This document shows, in pieces, positions 55,684-64,000 of a DNA stretch of 64,000 nt. The DNA is from a virus (taxonomy: Duplodnaviria > Caudoviricetes). The stretch lies in IMG/VR virus record IMGVR_UViG_3300013800_000006, positions 1-64,000 of that record; one strand, written 5' to 3'. Within the stretch, counting starts at the first letter, position 1; every line of letters starts with the position of its first letter. The notes below the pieces were generated by a model that was not told the origin of the DNA, made no database searches, and saw only the letters and a program-made list of their open reading frames with translations. A program made the position numbers and the translations under genes.

Positions 55684-55798
55684 CGTCTCATAACCCCCCA
55701 AATCGTCGATTTTAGCCACCCGACCCACTACCCGCTACCCATGCCGCCCCTTGCCCCATCCATGGCCCAAAACAAGCGTTTTGGGCCATTGTGAGACG
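55684..55798 (+). repeat. MITE/REP-like palindromic element with imperfect terminal inverted repeats
   Basis: Ends CGTCTCATAA...TTGTGAGACG; AAATCG-T-CGATTT; 12-bp hairpin ATGGCCCAAAAC-AAGC-GTTTTGGGCCAT. Confidence 0.7.
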
Positions 55799-56287
55799 GC
55801 TTATGGACCCCCATTCACCCACCCACCCCTCAAAAAGTCATTTCACCCATGAACTCACCAGAATCAATCCAATCTTTAATCATCTCTCATCCCACCAAAA
55901 AGATTTTAATTCCCTTCTCCTTATCTCTCAAATCTTTTCAACTCTTATGGAAGAACTGGTCCACCCAAGAACCCGATTTCCGAATCATTATCTCACCATC
56001 CATGTCTGCAATCTCCGTCCTCGATTCTTCTTGGCTCCTCTCATCTCACCAATCCTCACACCTTCTCTACTTCGCCGGACCTTCTTCTCAAATTCTTCTT
56101 CCCTCAAAATCTCACCAACTCTTTCTCTCCCCTACTCTCCATCTTCTCACCCCCTACCTTTCCCTTCCCCTCTCATTATATACTTTATAAACTGTAAAAG
56201 CCCTCTCTAAAATCACCAGTCCCCTTACCGTTATTAGGGTAAAATCTATAAAAATTGGGGGCTATTGGGAGCTATTTAAAGAGTTTA

Positions 56288-56316
56288 TTGTATAATGATG
56301 CAGTACATTATATAAT
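56288..56316 (+). promoter_or_regulatory. Sigma70-type promoter
   Basis: TTGTAT-17-TATAAT. Confidence 0.6.
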
Positions 56317-56406
56317 ATATAAACTGAATAACACGACAACACGAGAGCATACACAACAATCTTAATGTTGACAATCCACTGCCTTGACCAACGGGAAGCA
56401 CAGTCC

Positions 56407-56763
56407 ATGACATCGATCTACATCCATAATGTTGACAATCCCACCAGGCTCGTCGAATGGAAACAAGATTCCATGGGTGGCGTATACAGTCTCACCACCA
56501 TCCATACTCCAGAAGCGGACATCCACATGTTCTCCACTTCCAAACCCGTCACTCCGGGTACTGAGATAACGGATCTTAAATCTTTTTGGCATGGACATAC
56601 CATGGAAAGCGGTCACTTTTGGGTACTGGTCACTGAAGGGGTACGGCGATTTTACAACTCTATTGACGGGGTGAAGAATGGATTTAAAACATTCGGTGGA
56701 GACATTTACGAATTTGACTTTGAATCTTCATTTTTGGTGAATATGGAGAACTACGATGGCTAA
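56407..56763 (+). CDS. Hypothetical protein
   Basis: ORF track (start uncertain, 56365 or 56407); overlaps next start. Confidence 0.55.
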   Translation: MTSIYIHNVDNPTRLVEWKQDSMGGVYSLTTIHTPEADIHMFSTSKPVTPGTEITDLKSFWHGHTMESGHFWVLVTEGVRRFYNSIDGVKNGFKTFGGDIYEFDFESSFLVNMENYDG

Positions 56764-57112
56764 ACGGGTAACATGGGTAGATTCGGTTAAAATCAATCCA
56801 CTAGTCGATTCCGTATTTAAAAATCTTCATGGATTTCGTTTGGTGGATGAAGCGTGGATTGCTCAGAACACGGGTACGTATAGTCCGGTACTCATGGATC
56901 ATCGAACGATTGATGGTCGGAATTGGACATTATTCTTTTTGCAGGATGGGACTGGTTGGGGGTTATGTCAATCTTATTGGGAGAAGCGGATCCTTTGGTG
57001 TGCATTCGGTTGTGATCATGATATGGTCTTTGTAAAGAACTTAGGCCGGTGCTATAACCAATATCGTTGTTCGAGGTGTGGATATGAAGAATCAATTGAC
57101 AGTTCCGATTGA
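56756..57112 (+). CDS. Hypothetical protein with C-terminal zinc-ribbon-like Cys pattern
   Basis: GGAG RBS; CDH...CSRC. Confidence 0.6.
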   Translation: MAKRVTWVDSVKINPLVDSVFKNLHGFRLVDEAWIAQNTGTYSPVLMDHRTIDGRNWTLFFLQDGTGWGLCQSYWEKRILWCAFGCDHDMVFVKNLGRCYNQYRCSRCGYEESIDSSD

Positions 57113-57542
57113 AAGAGTGGGAACGGGTTGTTTTAGATTGGTACAAGATATTGCTCATGGGGTTCTTTCGGTATTAAATCTTTGGGAGTTTTCATACTCT
57201 TGGAAAATTCCCATCAGTCCCGATATGAACGATGATACTCTGGTTAAATGTTTCATCTCAGGATCTCAATTGAGTAGCATTCGATTAGATGGAGGTCGAA
57301 TTACACTACCGTTGCGTGGTAAAGATTTGAGAATTGCTTTGGCGGCATTTCCCTTTCTGGAGAGTTTTCGCTTGAGTCGATTGAAAACTCTTAATGCGCT
57401 GCCATTGGATTCAATCTTCGATCGAGATGTTTTAGATCAGAAGGTCCAATTGGTAGGGAATGGTTTTTCACCCCATTTCCGAACAATTGCTCTCAATCAT
57501 CGAATGGGTTTTGAGATGAAGATGGGGATTCTGACTGTTTAA
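57078..57542 (+). CDS. Hypothetical protein (154 aa)
   Basis: ORF track. Confidence 0.5.
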   Translation: MDMKNQLTVPIERVGTGCFRLVQDIAHGVLSVLNLWEFSYSWKIPISPDMNDDTLVKCFISGSQLSSIRLDGGRITLPLRGKDLRIALAAFPFLESFRLSRLKTLNALPLDSIFDRDVLDQKVQLVGNGFSPHFRTIALNHRMGFEMKMGILTV

Positions 57543-57551
57543 GATGGGACT

Positions 57552-57818
57552 TTGATGTTGGAATTAGGTCCGTATCATTTGATCGTTCATGAATCAATTG
57601 AGATCGGTAGATGGATCAATAGGGAATGGGATGTGCTGGTACCCTACTCGGATAATTCTCCACGCGTCTTAGTTTCGGCTGTATGTCATCTCACTTGGCT
57701 GGCGATGAAACGTGCTCTATTTTCATTTGAGATTGAGCCGGATTGGTGGACATTAGAGTTTGATGAGTTTCAGATGAAATACGGAAAATTCTGTGGTGAG
57801 AAGTGGGAAGTACAATGA
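57552..57818 (+). CDS. Hypothetical protein (88 aa)
   Basis: ORF track; ATGA overlap with next gene. Confidence 0.55.
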   Translation: MMLELGPYHLIVHESIEIGRWINREWDVLVPYSDNSPRVLVSAVCHLTWLAMKRALFSFEIEPDWWTLEFDEFQMKYGKFCGEKWEVQ

Positions 57819-58618
57819 ACGAACTACAACGATTCTGTCAATGGTATGATGAAGCTCTATTGATGGCTTTGTTAGGGCATCGATTGACGGTCGATGCGGA
57901 AATTAAAATATCAGCCGATACAAAAGTCTTAAAAAAGATTTTTGTGAATCCGGCTAAACACCAGAGTTATCCAGATGAATTACAAACTCTGATGTCTTCG
58001 ACCTGTATTTGGGATGGTCAAGAAGTGAGAATTTCATACTCAAAAAGTGAAGGGTGGACAGGAAGGCATCAACTTGAACACTTATTCATCATGCCATTTC
58101 TCAACAGCCACTTTCTCGCCGTTCACTGGGCGTTGGCGCGCTGGATGGAGGCGAAAATCAGTCAAGATTTTGGTAGTGGTTTAGATCAAAACATCATATT
58201 TAAACCCAATTGGCCTCAGCAAGATACACCCGATGTCCGCTGGAACTGTATGCTCAATTACTTAATCTTTAACGTAGGGAAAGATTTATCGGAAATAGAG
58301 CTGGTTTCTGCTGACGACTTTGAGTATCTCAATTGTCAACCTTTACCCAACATGAGGTATTTTTGTTACATCAACGAACACATAATCCAATTCAATTATT
58401 CTTCGGGTCATTTAGGTCGGTATGATACCGATCAACAATGGCATTCTGTTCAAGAGTTTGAACTCACCGATCAACACTCCATCTTAATGTTGCTCGCTCA
58501 ATTGAAAGAAGTGGCAATGTCGAATTTGTTATGGGATTACATTTCCAAACCAGGAGACGATTGGTTGAGTAGCTCCACCTTCTTTGATGAATATCGAGTA
58601 TGGTCCGGGACCAACTGA
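57815..58618 (+). CDS. Unknown paralogue family, member 1
   Basis: CIWDGQEV; MLNYL; HIIQFNYSSGHLG...W. Confidence 0.7.
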   Translation: MNELQRFCQWYDEALLMALLGHRLTVDAEIKISADTKVLKKIFVNPAKHQSYPDELQTLMSSTCIWDGQEVRISYSKSEGWTGRHQLEHLFIMPFLNSHFLAVHWALARWMEAKISQDFGSGLDQNIIFKPNWPQQDTPDVRWNCMLNYLIFNVGKDLSEIELVSADDFEYLNCQPLPNMRYFCYINEHIIQFNYSSGHLGRYDTDQQWHSVQEFELTDQHSILMLLAQLKEVAMSNLLWDYISKPGDDWLSSSTFFDEYRVWSGTN

Positions 58619-58658
58619 TCTATCCTTTCAACTCCACCCACCATATAGGCTGAAACTC

Positions 58659-59480
58659 ATGAACGTAGAGTCTTACATTCAATGGTTTGATATTGAAGCT
58701 GCCAAAATCTTAAACTGCTGGGAAGTAAAAGAGGCGAACGGTCTCGTTGGCTTTCGACTCAATACTGACCGGTATCGTGCACTGCTAGATTCCATTAGCG
58801 ATACCCGATTTCGAGAACCTATCACCAATATGAAAGCGACATGTGACTGGGACGGAAAACAAGTCTGTACTCAATATCCAAACGCTAAACCTTATTATGA
58901 AGATGACCCCGCATATTTATTCTTCCTCCCTTATACCAGTGTAGCCATGGCGGCATTCCATTTGACTTTAGACAAAATTATACAAGCAGTCAAAGCTCCA
59001 GAGCAATTGGCACTGTATGAAAAACAAGAAACTCATGTCATGCTGCAAAAAGAATACATTCCTGACGACAGTAAAGCGGTGCGGGTGCTTTGTGCGTTCA
59101 ACTGGCTACGAACGACTCACAGTCAGCAACTGAATCAAGTCAATCACACCATCGTTCCTGATAGTGAAAAAGACTTTGTTCTACCTAATGTTCAATATAT
59201 CTACACCATCGGTCATCATATCCTTCAAGTGGCACCAAATACTCTCCATTTAGGATACCTCAGGGACAGCGATTGGAGTGAAGAACAACAACTGCCTCAT
59301 CAAAACCAAACCCATTTAATCATAGGGTTGTTAGAACTAAAACGTTCAGCAGTTTGTTCGTTATTAGGTGAAATTTTGCATGAATTGCCCGAAAACTGGC
59401 TCACCTGTCCTCAATTCTTAGATCAGATGGGTAAATGGTATGGACATGAATGGTCTATTATGACCATTAACAACCCGTAA
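58659..59480 (+). CDS. Unknown paralogue family, member 2
   Basis: CDWDGKQV; AFNWL; HILQVAPNTLHLG...W; start uncertain (58584 or 58659). Confidence 0.7.
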   Translation: MNVESYIQWFDIEAAKILNCWEVKEANGLVGFRLNTDRYRALLDSISDTRFREPITNMKATCDWDGKQVCTQYPNAKPYYEDDPAYLFFLPYTSVAMAAFHLTLDKIIQAVKAPEQLALYEKQETHVMLQKEYIPDDSKAVRVLCAFNWLRTTHSQQLNQVNHTIVPDSEKDFVLPNVQYIYTIGHHILQVAPNTLHLGYLRDSDWSEEQQLPHQNQTHLIIGLLELKRSAVCSLLGEILHELPENWLTCPQFLDQMGKWYGHEWSIMTINNP

Positions 59481-59489
59481 AAGAGTTAC

Positions 59490-59524
59490 TTTACAACGAT
59501 TATAATCATTATATAATCGTTGTA
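59490..59524 (+). promoter_or_regulatory. Sigma70-type promoter overlapped by a 13-bp inverted repeat
   Basis: TTTACA-16-TATAAT; TACAACGATTATA-7-TATAATCGTTGTA. Confidence 0.7.
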
Positions 59525-59552
59525 TTCCACCGGAAAAACAAAAAGGTCTTAT

Positions 59553-60446
59553 ATGAAACAGTTTGAAAAAGCCAGTGCAAATGTCCTAAAAACTCTCCGC
59601 CACATCATGCTTAATTCTATTGCACTCACTTCCGTCACCGCTGATGATGAGACTCCTGTTGTCATTCAAATCCACTGGGATGAGATCATTAAAATGATCA
59701 ATGATCGTATTCCTGATTGTTCACCATTCTTTACAAGCTTTATCAAAACCAAAACATATCATAACCAATGGTTATTAGATGGGACGTGTTCACTAGTAAC
59801 ATCAGAATGGCTAAAAGATCAACAATCGACCACTGAAATGCCCAGTTTTCAGACCGGAGTGAAAACTGCATTATCCCAAGTATTGAAGGAATTAAGTCTT
59901 AATGCCATTACAGCATGTTATGCCCTCATTACTCAACAACCGATTGAAGATCTAATAAATATGCAATTCGATAAGATCAAACTTAAACGGGGGACTAAAT
60001 GGAAAGGTGCTGATGATTATGAATTACGAATTGTGGGTTTGTTAAATCTACTGAGTGGAGTATCCAATGACTTTTTACTTGAATCTTTAGTCAAGATTAA
60101 TCCTAACAAAAACACCTCATTCCAACTACAACCCGGTTGCACCAAACTGTATAGCTATCATTACTGGTTTCTTCAACTAGGTGAATATAATCACCATGTT
60201 GGGCGATACCGTAAAATGCCCGATAACTCAGCACAATGGGAAGAGTTTGGAGCACTCACCACGATGGGTAATTCTAATCCATTACCATTGCTAACTCTTT
60301 TACTGACTAAAGAACTCGTTAGTTTACATGATACATATTTAGATCAGTTAGATGAAGGTCTCTCCACATGGTACAACGAGCCTTTAGCTGAATTGAAAAA
60401 ACAATTTAGTTCTGAGTTTTTAACAACCCGTTGGATTATTAAATAG
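59553..60446 (+). CDS. Unknown paralogue family, member 3
   Basis: WLLDG; LLNLL; WFLQLGEYNHHVG...W; AAAGGT RBS. Confidence 0.65.
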   Translation: MKQFEKASANVLKTLRHIMLNSIALTSVTADDETPVVIQIHWDEIIKMINDRIPDCSPFFTSFIKTKTYHNQWLLDGTCSLVTSEWLKDQQSTTEMPSFQTGVKTALSQVLKELSLNAITACYALITQQPIEDLINMQFDKIKLKRGTKWKGADDYELRIVGLLNLLSGVSNDFLLESLVKINPNKNTSFQLQPGCTKLYSYHYWFLQLGEYNHHVGRYRKMPDNSAQWEEFGALTTMGNSNPLPLLTLLLTKELVSLHDTYLDQLDEGLSTWYNEPLAELKKQFSSEFLTTRWIIK

Positions 60447-60461
60447 TTTAAGGTGAATACT

Positions 60462-60917
60462 ATGAGCAAAAGCTTTCCGTTATTCAGATTTACCACCCAA
60501 TTTCAAGGCTTAGAAAGTTTAAGTCTTTGGAAACATAAAAATGGAGGTGTATATTCCATATTAGTATTCACCGATATTGAATCTCCACAAACTGCAAATA
60601 TCTTATACATGCGGATTAAAGATACTTCCATTTGGCTACGACCATATCTTCGATGGCATACGTCATTTACATTATTACCCGATTCTAGTCTACAAGAAAC
60701 CGTTTTGTACATGGAAAATTCAGCCGAAGGTATAAAACTGGGATCAACTTGGTTAGATTACAATCAAACCCAAAACATCGTGGTTGGCTTTGCTAATCTT
60801 TTAACTGAAAACCCCACGGAATATCCTATCACCATTCTTTATCATCAACGCTTCGCCAATGAACTCAGAAGCTGTAACTGGGGAACTTGGAAAGCTTCTA
60901 TGCTCAAACTAAAGTGA
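60462..60917 (+). CDS. Protein with two DUF1653-like (SH3-like) modules
   Basis: WKHKNGGVYSIL...ILY...IWLRP...W and WLDYNQTQNIVV...YPITILY...W. Confidence 0.5.
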   Translation: MSKSFPLFRFTTQFQGLESLSLWKHKNGGVYSILVFTDIESPQTANILYMRIKDTSIWLRPYLRWHTSFTLLPDSSLQETVLYMENSAEGIKLGSTWLDYNQTQNIVVGFANLLTENPTEYPITILYHQRFANELRSCNWGTWKASMLKLK

Positions 60918-60925
60918 GATAGTCA

Positions 60926-61786
60926 ATGAATAATCAAGAAATGATCTTAAAAGGTGTCGCACGGTTACATGCACATCAAGTCTCTACAGTCATGTCCAAA
61001 GTCGTTTTTTCTCAACTAGACTCCAAAACGGTCAAGTGCAATTACCACAAACATGCGTTAGCTAACTATCTAAAACAGTATATCCCATTAAATAAACAAA
61101 TTCCCAACATGCCCATTTTAGATCAAATGGTTGTACAATGGAAAGATGGGGATATATTTGTACATAAAGACAAAAAACCCATCAAATTTGACACAGATGT
61201 TGTTACATCTGAACTGGCTTTTGCAATTACTCTCATACCACACATTCTATCCATCGCAATTCTTACTATCCCATCTATTGTATTTTCTTTAATAAAACCA
61301 GATGGTGATTTTGAACTACTCCAAACACTACACACGTATGCACTTATTTCCACTTTGAACCTAACAAAGTCCTTCGACAATGAAGATTGTTTTGCTCATC
61401 GCTGCCAAACCATATTCAACTATGTATGCAAAGAAATATTAGAACAACTTTCTACATTACACACTTGGAATAACATTGACACACTCACTTGGGCTTTACC
61501 TAATACACAACTCATATTCTATAGTGGTCATACTATCGCCCAACTGAGTGAATCAGATTGTCATGTAGGAACCGTCTCCCATCATGAAGAAGCAATCTGG
61601 CATGAAGCTTATCATTTTCCAATTGCGAATACAATTGACCTAATCAAAACACTACTTAAAGTCCGTATGGTCAGTTTGTCAGACCTTACCACTACAGCAC
61701 TCTTAAACATACCAAAAGATTGGACTACCATGAAATTTACTGACTTTAAAGAATACTACCGCCCATATTGGGGCCGCAGCCAATAA
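60926..61786 (+). CDS. Unknown paralogue family, member 4
   Basis: QWKDGDIFV; IFNYV; HTIAQLSESDCHVG...W. Confidence 0.7.
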   Translation: MNNQEMILKGVARLHAHQVSTVMSKVVFSQLDSKTVKCNYHKHALANYLKQYIPLNKQIPNMPILDQMVVQWKDGDIFVHKDKKPIKFDTDVVTSELAFAITLIPHILSIAILTIPSIVFSLIKPDGDFELLQTLHTYALISTLNLTKSFDNEDCFAHRCQTIFNYVCKEILEQLSTLHTWNNIDTLTWALPNTQLIFYSGHTIAQLSESDCHVGTVSHHEEAIWHEAYHFPIANTIDLIKTLLKVRMVSLSDLTTTALLNIPKDWTTMKFTDFKEYYRPYWGRSQ

Positions 61787-61802
61787 AATTTAAAAGAGCT
61801 TA

Positions 61803-61843
61803 TTGACAACGATTATACAGTATACATATACTATAATCGTTGT
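61803..61843 (+). promoter_or_regulatory. Sigma70-type promoter overlapped by the same inverted repeat as 59492..59524
   Basis: TTGACA-18-TATACT; ACAACGATTATA-14-TATAATCGTTGT. Confidence 0.7.
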
Positions 61844-61877
61844 AAAATCACAATTCAAACTGGAGAACACATACGCC

Positions 61878-62615
61878 ATGAGCGCGAATCTTGAAATGCA
61901 GGTGGCTATTCAAACCAAATTTACTCAAATGGGTAAAGCCGGTTTTCGCTTTACTCCACAAGGGATGCACTATCTCGCATGTCGGCTTAATGGGCATCAG
62001 TATAGAATCCCTATTGTCATTGGACTGGATCTCATGCTAGCCGACAAACTGCTATCCATTGCAAGCCCAGAGTTAATCAATAAAACTCTAAAATTATTAG
62101 GGATGACAACTCTTGAACCGGAAGCAGTCTTGATTTTAGCAACAGGGCGTAAGCCAATCTTTTCCCCCAGCAAACGTGGTTGGCAAGAAGAACAAGCTAG
62201 CTTACTCAAACCCAAAGCGCCACAACCCGAAGTGTTGGCAACATTGTCCGACGCTGTACGGAATCGCCTCATGGAAGCATACAAAATCAAGCTAGAGCAA
62301 AGTAAATTATGTGCGGAGTGGTTAGGATTGTTAAATCAACAATTCGATCCTCATAACCCGCCAACATCTTTGCGATCACTCATTCCTAAACCTACCATTG
62401 AAAAAGTAGTTAAACTCAACCCGCCCAAAACAATCAAAACAGTTACCACTGAAACACCACCAGCGGAAACTGTAACAGCCGAGGTGGTTACACCAACGGA
62501 AACTGTAACAGCCGAGGTGGTTACACCAAAACATTCCCCCCAAAAAAGTAAAACTAAAAAGCGGGAAGAAGTAAAACCCGAAATTGGTACAACAGAAGCA
62601 ACGACACTTAACTAA
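61878..62615 (+). CDS. Hypothetical protein with Pro/Thr/Lys-rich C-terminal tail
   Basis: GGAGA RBS before ATG 61878; the track TTG start lies inside the promoter. Confidence 0.65.
   Translation: MSANLEMQVAIQTKFTQMGKAGFRFTPQGMHYLACRLNGHQYRIPIVIGLDLMLADKLLSIASPELINKTLKLLGMTTLEPEAVLILATGRKPIFSPSKRGWQEEQASLLKPKAPQPEVLATLSDAVRNRLMEAYKIKLEQSKLCAEWLGLLNQQFDPHNPPTSLRSLIPKPTIEKVVKLNPPKTIKTVTTETPPAETVTAEVVTPTETVTAEVVTPKHSPQKSKTKKREEVKPEIGTTEATTLN
62464..62529 (+). repeat. Perfect 33-bp tandem duplication (ETVTAEVVTP x2)
   Basis: CGGAAACTGTAACAGCCGAGGTGGTTACACCAA twice. Confidence 0.95.
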
Positions 62616-62620
62616 GACTA

Positions 62621-62652
62621 CATACCACTAGTGTTATAACACTAGTGGTATG
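62621..62652. repeat. Perfect 32-bp palindrome without loop
   Basis: CATACCACTAGTGTTA|TAACACTAGTGGTATG. Confidence 0.95.
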
Positions 62653-62664
62653 CTGGAGATTAGT

Positions 62665-63036
62665 ATGCGACATCGTTTTGAAAATTTCATTTGTCATCTC
62701 ATCACATCAACCATACCAAGACCTTTAAATTATACCGAAATTTATAATAACCCACGGGGAAAAACGGGTACTAGAACCATAAAAATTTCTGACTTGGAAC
62801 TCACACCAGAAGAATTACAAATACTCGATAATGCCTTCCGAGTGATATTTGCTTCTGATTTTCTCAAAATCAGGTGCATGACATTTAAAACACTCTGCAC
62901 TAAAATAGAACCACCCCAATTTATAGATGGAATTAAAACAGTAGTAACTCTAAAAAATAATGCCATTTACAACCGCCATTATATCCAATGGAACCGATGC
63001 CAAAAGGCTAAACACGAAAAACTTTGCTCAACTTAG
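62665..63036 (+). CDS. Hypothetical protein
   Basis: GGAG RBS before ATG 62665. Confidence 0.55.
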   Translation: MRHRFENFICHLITSTIPRPLNYTEIYNNPRGKTGTRTIKISDLELTPEELQILDNAFRVIFASDFLKIRCMTFKTLCTKIEPPQFIDGIKTVVTLKNNAIYNRHYIQWNRCQKAKHEKLCST

Positions 63037-63487
63037 AACCATAATTCGTTCGCTTATTCTTATTCTGTAAACTTGCTGTAGCCCATCGGCAATTATCTTT
63101 ACAATAAGGACCATCACGGTTGATACGATCCAAAGTACAACCTGTTGGTCTTTCTCCTACATCTTCTATAAAGTTCTCAAAACTCTGTAACCATCGATCA
63201 CAAACCACAATACCACGTCCACCATAATTATTCCAATCTTTGTGCTTAGTATTAGTACATCGCTGCACCATTCCTTGATAAGTTTGAAATAATGGATGTT
63301 GATAGTGTTCTGGCTGGTATTTACGCACAGCAGGTTTACATTTAGGACAGATTGGATTCTTTTTCAATCGTGACATCACAAGAAAAGCAATCCTTTGGCA
63401 AGTGGTACATTGAACTTTCCAGTAAGTATGCCCATTATCATCTTGATGAGCACGTTCTAACACTTGATATGAACCATAAATTTCCAT
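63008..63487 (-). CDS. HNH-family homing endonuclease
   Basis: YGGRGIVVCDRWLQSFENF..DVGERP...TLDRINRDGPYCKDNCRWAT...Q..N.R. Confidence 0.85.
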   Translation of the reverse strand: MEIYGSYQVLERAHQDDNGHTYWKVQCTTCQRIAFLVMSRLKKNPICPKCKPAVRKYQPEHYQHPLFQTYQGMVQRCTNTKHKDWNNYGGRGIVVCDRWLQSFENFIEDVGERPTGCTLDRINRDGPYCKDNCRWATASLQNKNKRTNYGSKLSKVFRV

Positions 63488-63536
63488 TTGTACACCAGAT
63501 TAATTAAAACAATACTATAACTCATACAAGATCAAA

Positions 63537-63564
63537 TTGCAATACCTCAACAATTTGATATACT
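63537..63564 (+). promoter_or_regulatory. Sigma70-type promoter
   Basis: TTGCAA-16-TATACT with extended TG. Confidence 0.55.
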
Positions 63565-63595
63565 ATATACATAGTCAACCAATGGAGTACACGCA

Positions 63596-64000
63596 ATGAA
63601 TAAGCACGAAATCTACACTCGTGGTTTCAATCACGGTCAGTCTTTAGTCGATGCAAACATTAATTCATTCGACTCAGACAATATGGAATCATGGGAAGAT
63701 TTCAGAGAAGTTATCATGCAACTAATCTGGGAAGCCGATGATTGTTCTCGTCAATACAGCCCATTCGAGTTTTTAGCCAAAGAACTCAATGACTCCGATG
63801 ATCCAGATGGAGACTGGGAACTGTATGAATCGGGCATCAGTAACGGAGCACTCCAACAGAGTATGTTATTTTTTGGGCAACGTTGTCCTGATCTTGAACA
63901 GCCAAACCCAAACATGTGGTTAAACACAGATGGCGTTTATTCGGATGCCGACATTATGGACTACTTACATGAACAGTTTGGTGAAGATGCTGCAAACGCA
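63596..64000 (+). CDS. Acidic hypothetical protein, truncated by the window edge; not in the ORF track
   Basis: GGAG RBS; MNKHEIYTRGFNHG...RQYSPFEFLAKELNDSDDPDGDWELYESG... open to 64000. Confidence 0.7.
   Translation, partial: MNKHEIYTRGFNHGQSLVDANINSFDSDNMESWEDFREVIMQLIWEADDCSRQYSPFEFLAKELNDSDDPDGDWELYESGISNGALQQSMLFFGQRCPDLEQPNPNMWLNTDGVYSDADIMDYLHEQFGEDAANA

Noticed and set aside
55791-56210. Protein-coding genes in the pyrimidine tract
   Set aside because: The two overlapping plus-strand ORFs are S/L/P/H-biased as expected from the base composition, and the minus-strand frames contain stops; not supportable
63596-64000. Direct homology to T7 Ocr
   Set aside because: Only the acidity is shared; I could not align any Ocr motif
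45700-64000. tRNA or tmRNA genes in intergenic gaps
   Set aside because: No T-loop GTTCRANYC with a compatible cloverleaf was found by eye; tRNAscan-SE or ARAGORN would be decisive

Overview
This window is a 64-kb piece of a tailed dsDNA phage genome (standard genetic code, low GC, sigma70-type promoters and GGAG/GAGG ribosome sites, probably a proteobacterial host). It has no CRISPR array, tRNA, rRNA or integrase that I can see. From 45.7 kb leftwards one minus-strand arm encodes queD/queE, an HTH protein, a primase-like protein, a gp46/SbcC-like ATPase, dUTPase and a class II ribonucleotide reductase. It continues with terminase, an HK97-type portal/protease/capsid, neck genes, the tail tube, a frameshifting tail chaperone, a 3364-aa tape measure, and tail-tip and fibre genes. 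A ~0.8-kb repeat-rich non-coding gap is followed by a mostly plus-strand early/accessory arm of small unknown genes. Highlights: (1) five copies of a ~78-nt three-hairpin element sit exactly between consecutive early genes; their stems covary and the first hairpin shows an ANGGAN hexaloop matching the CsrA/RsmA site. (2) The RNR gene is fractured by a naturally split intein with a decayed Vsr-like endonuclease between the halves, and carries two more inteins on the two catalytic cysteines. (3) A ~113-bp palindromic element occurs both intergenically and in-frame inside a tail gene. (4) A partial 7-deazaguanine pathway is present. (5) Four diverged paralogues of an unrecognised ~280-aa family lie close together. 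All calls come from manual reading; no database searches were run.
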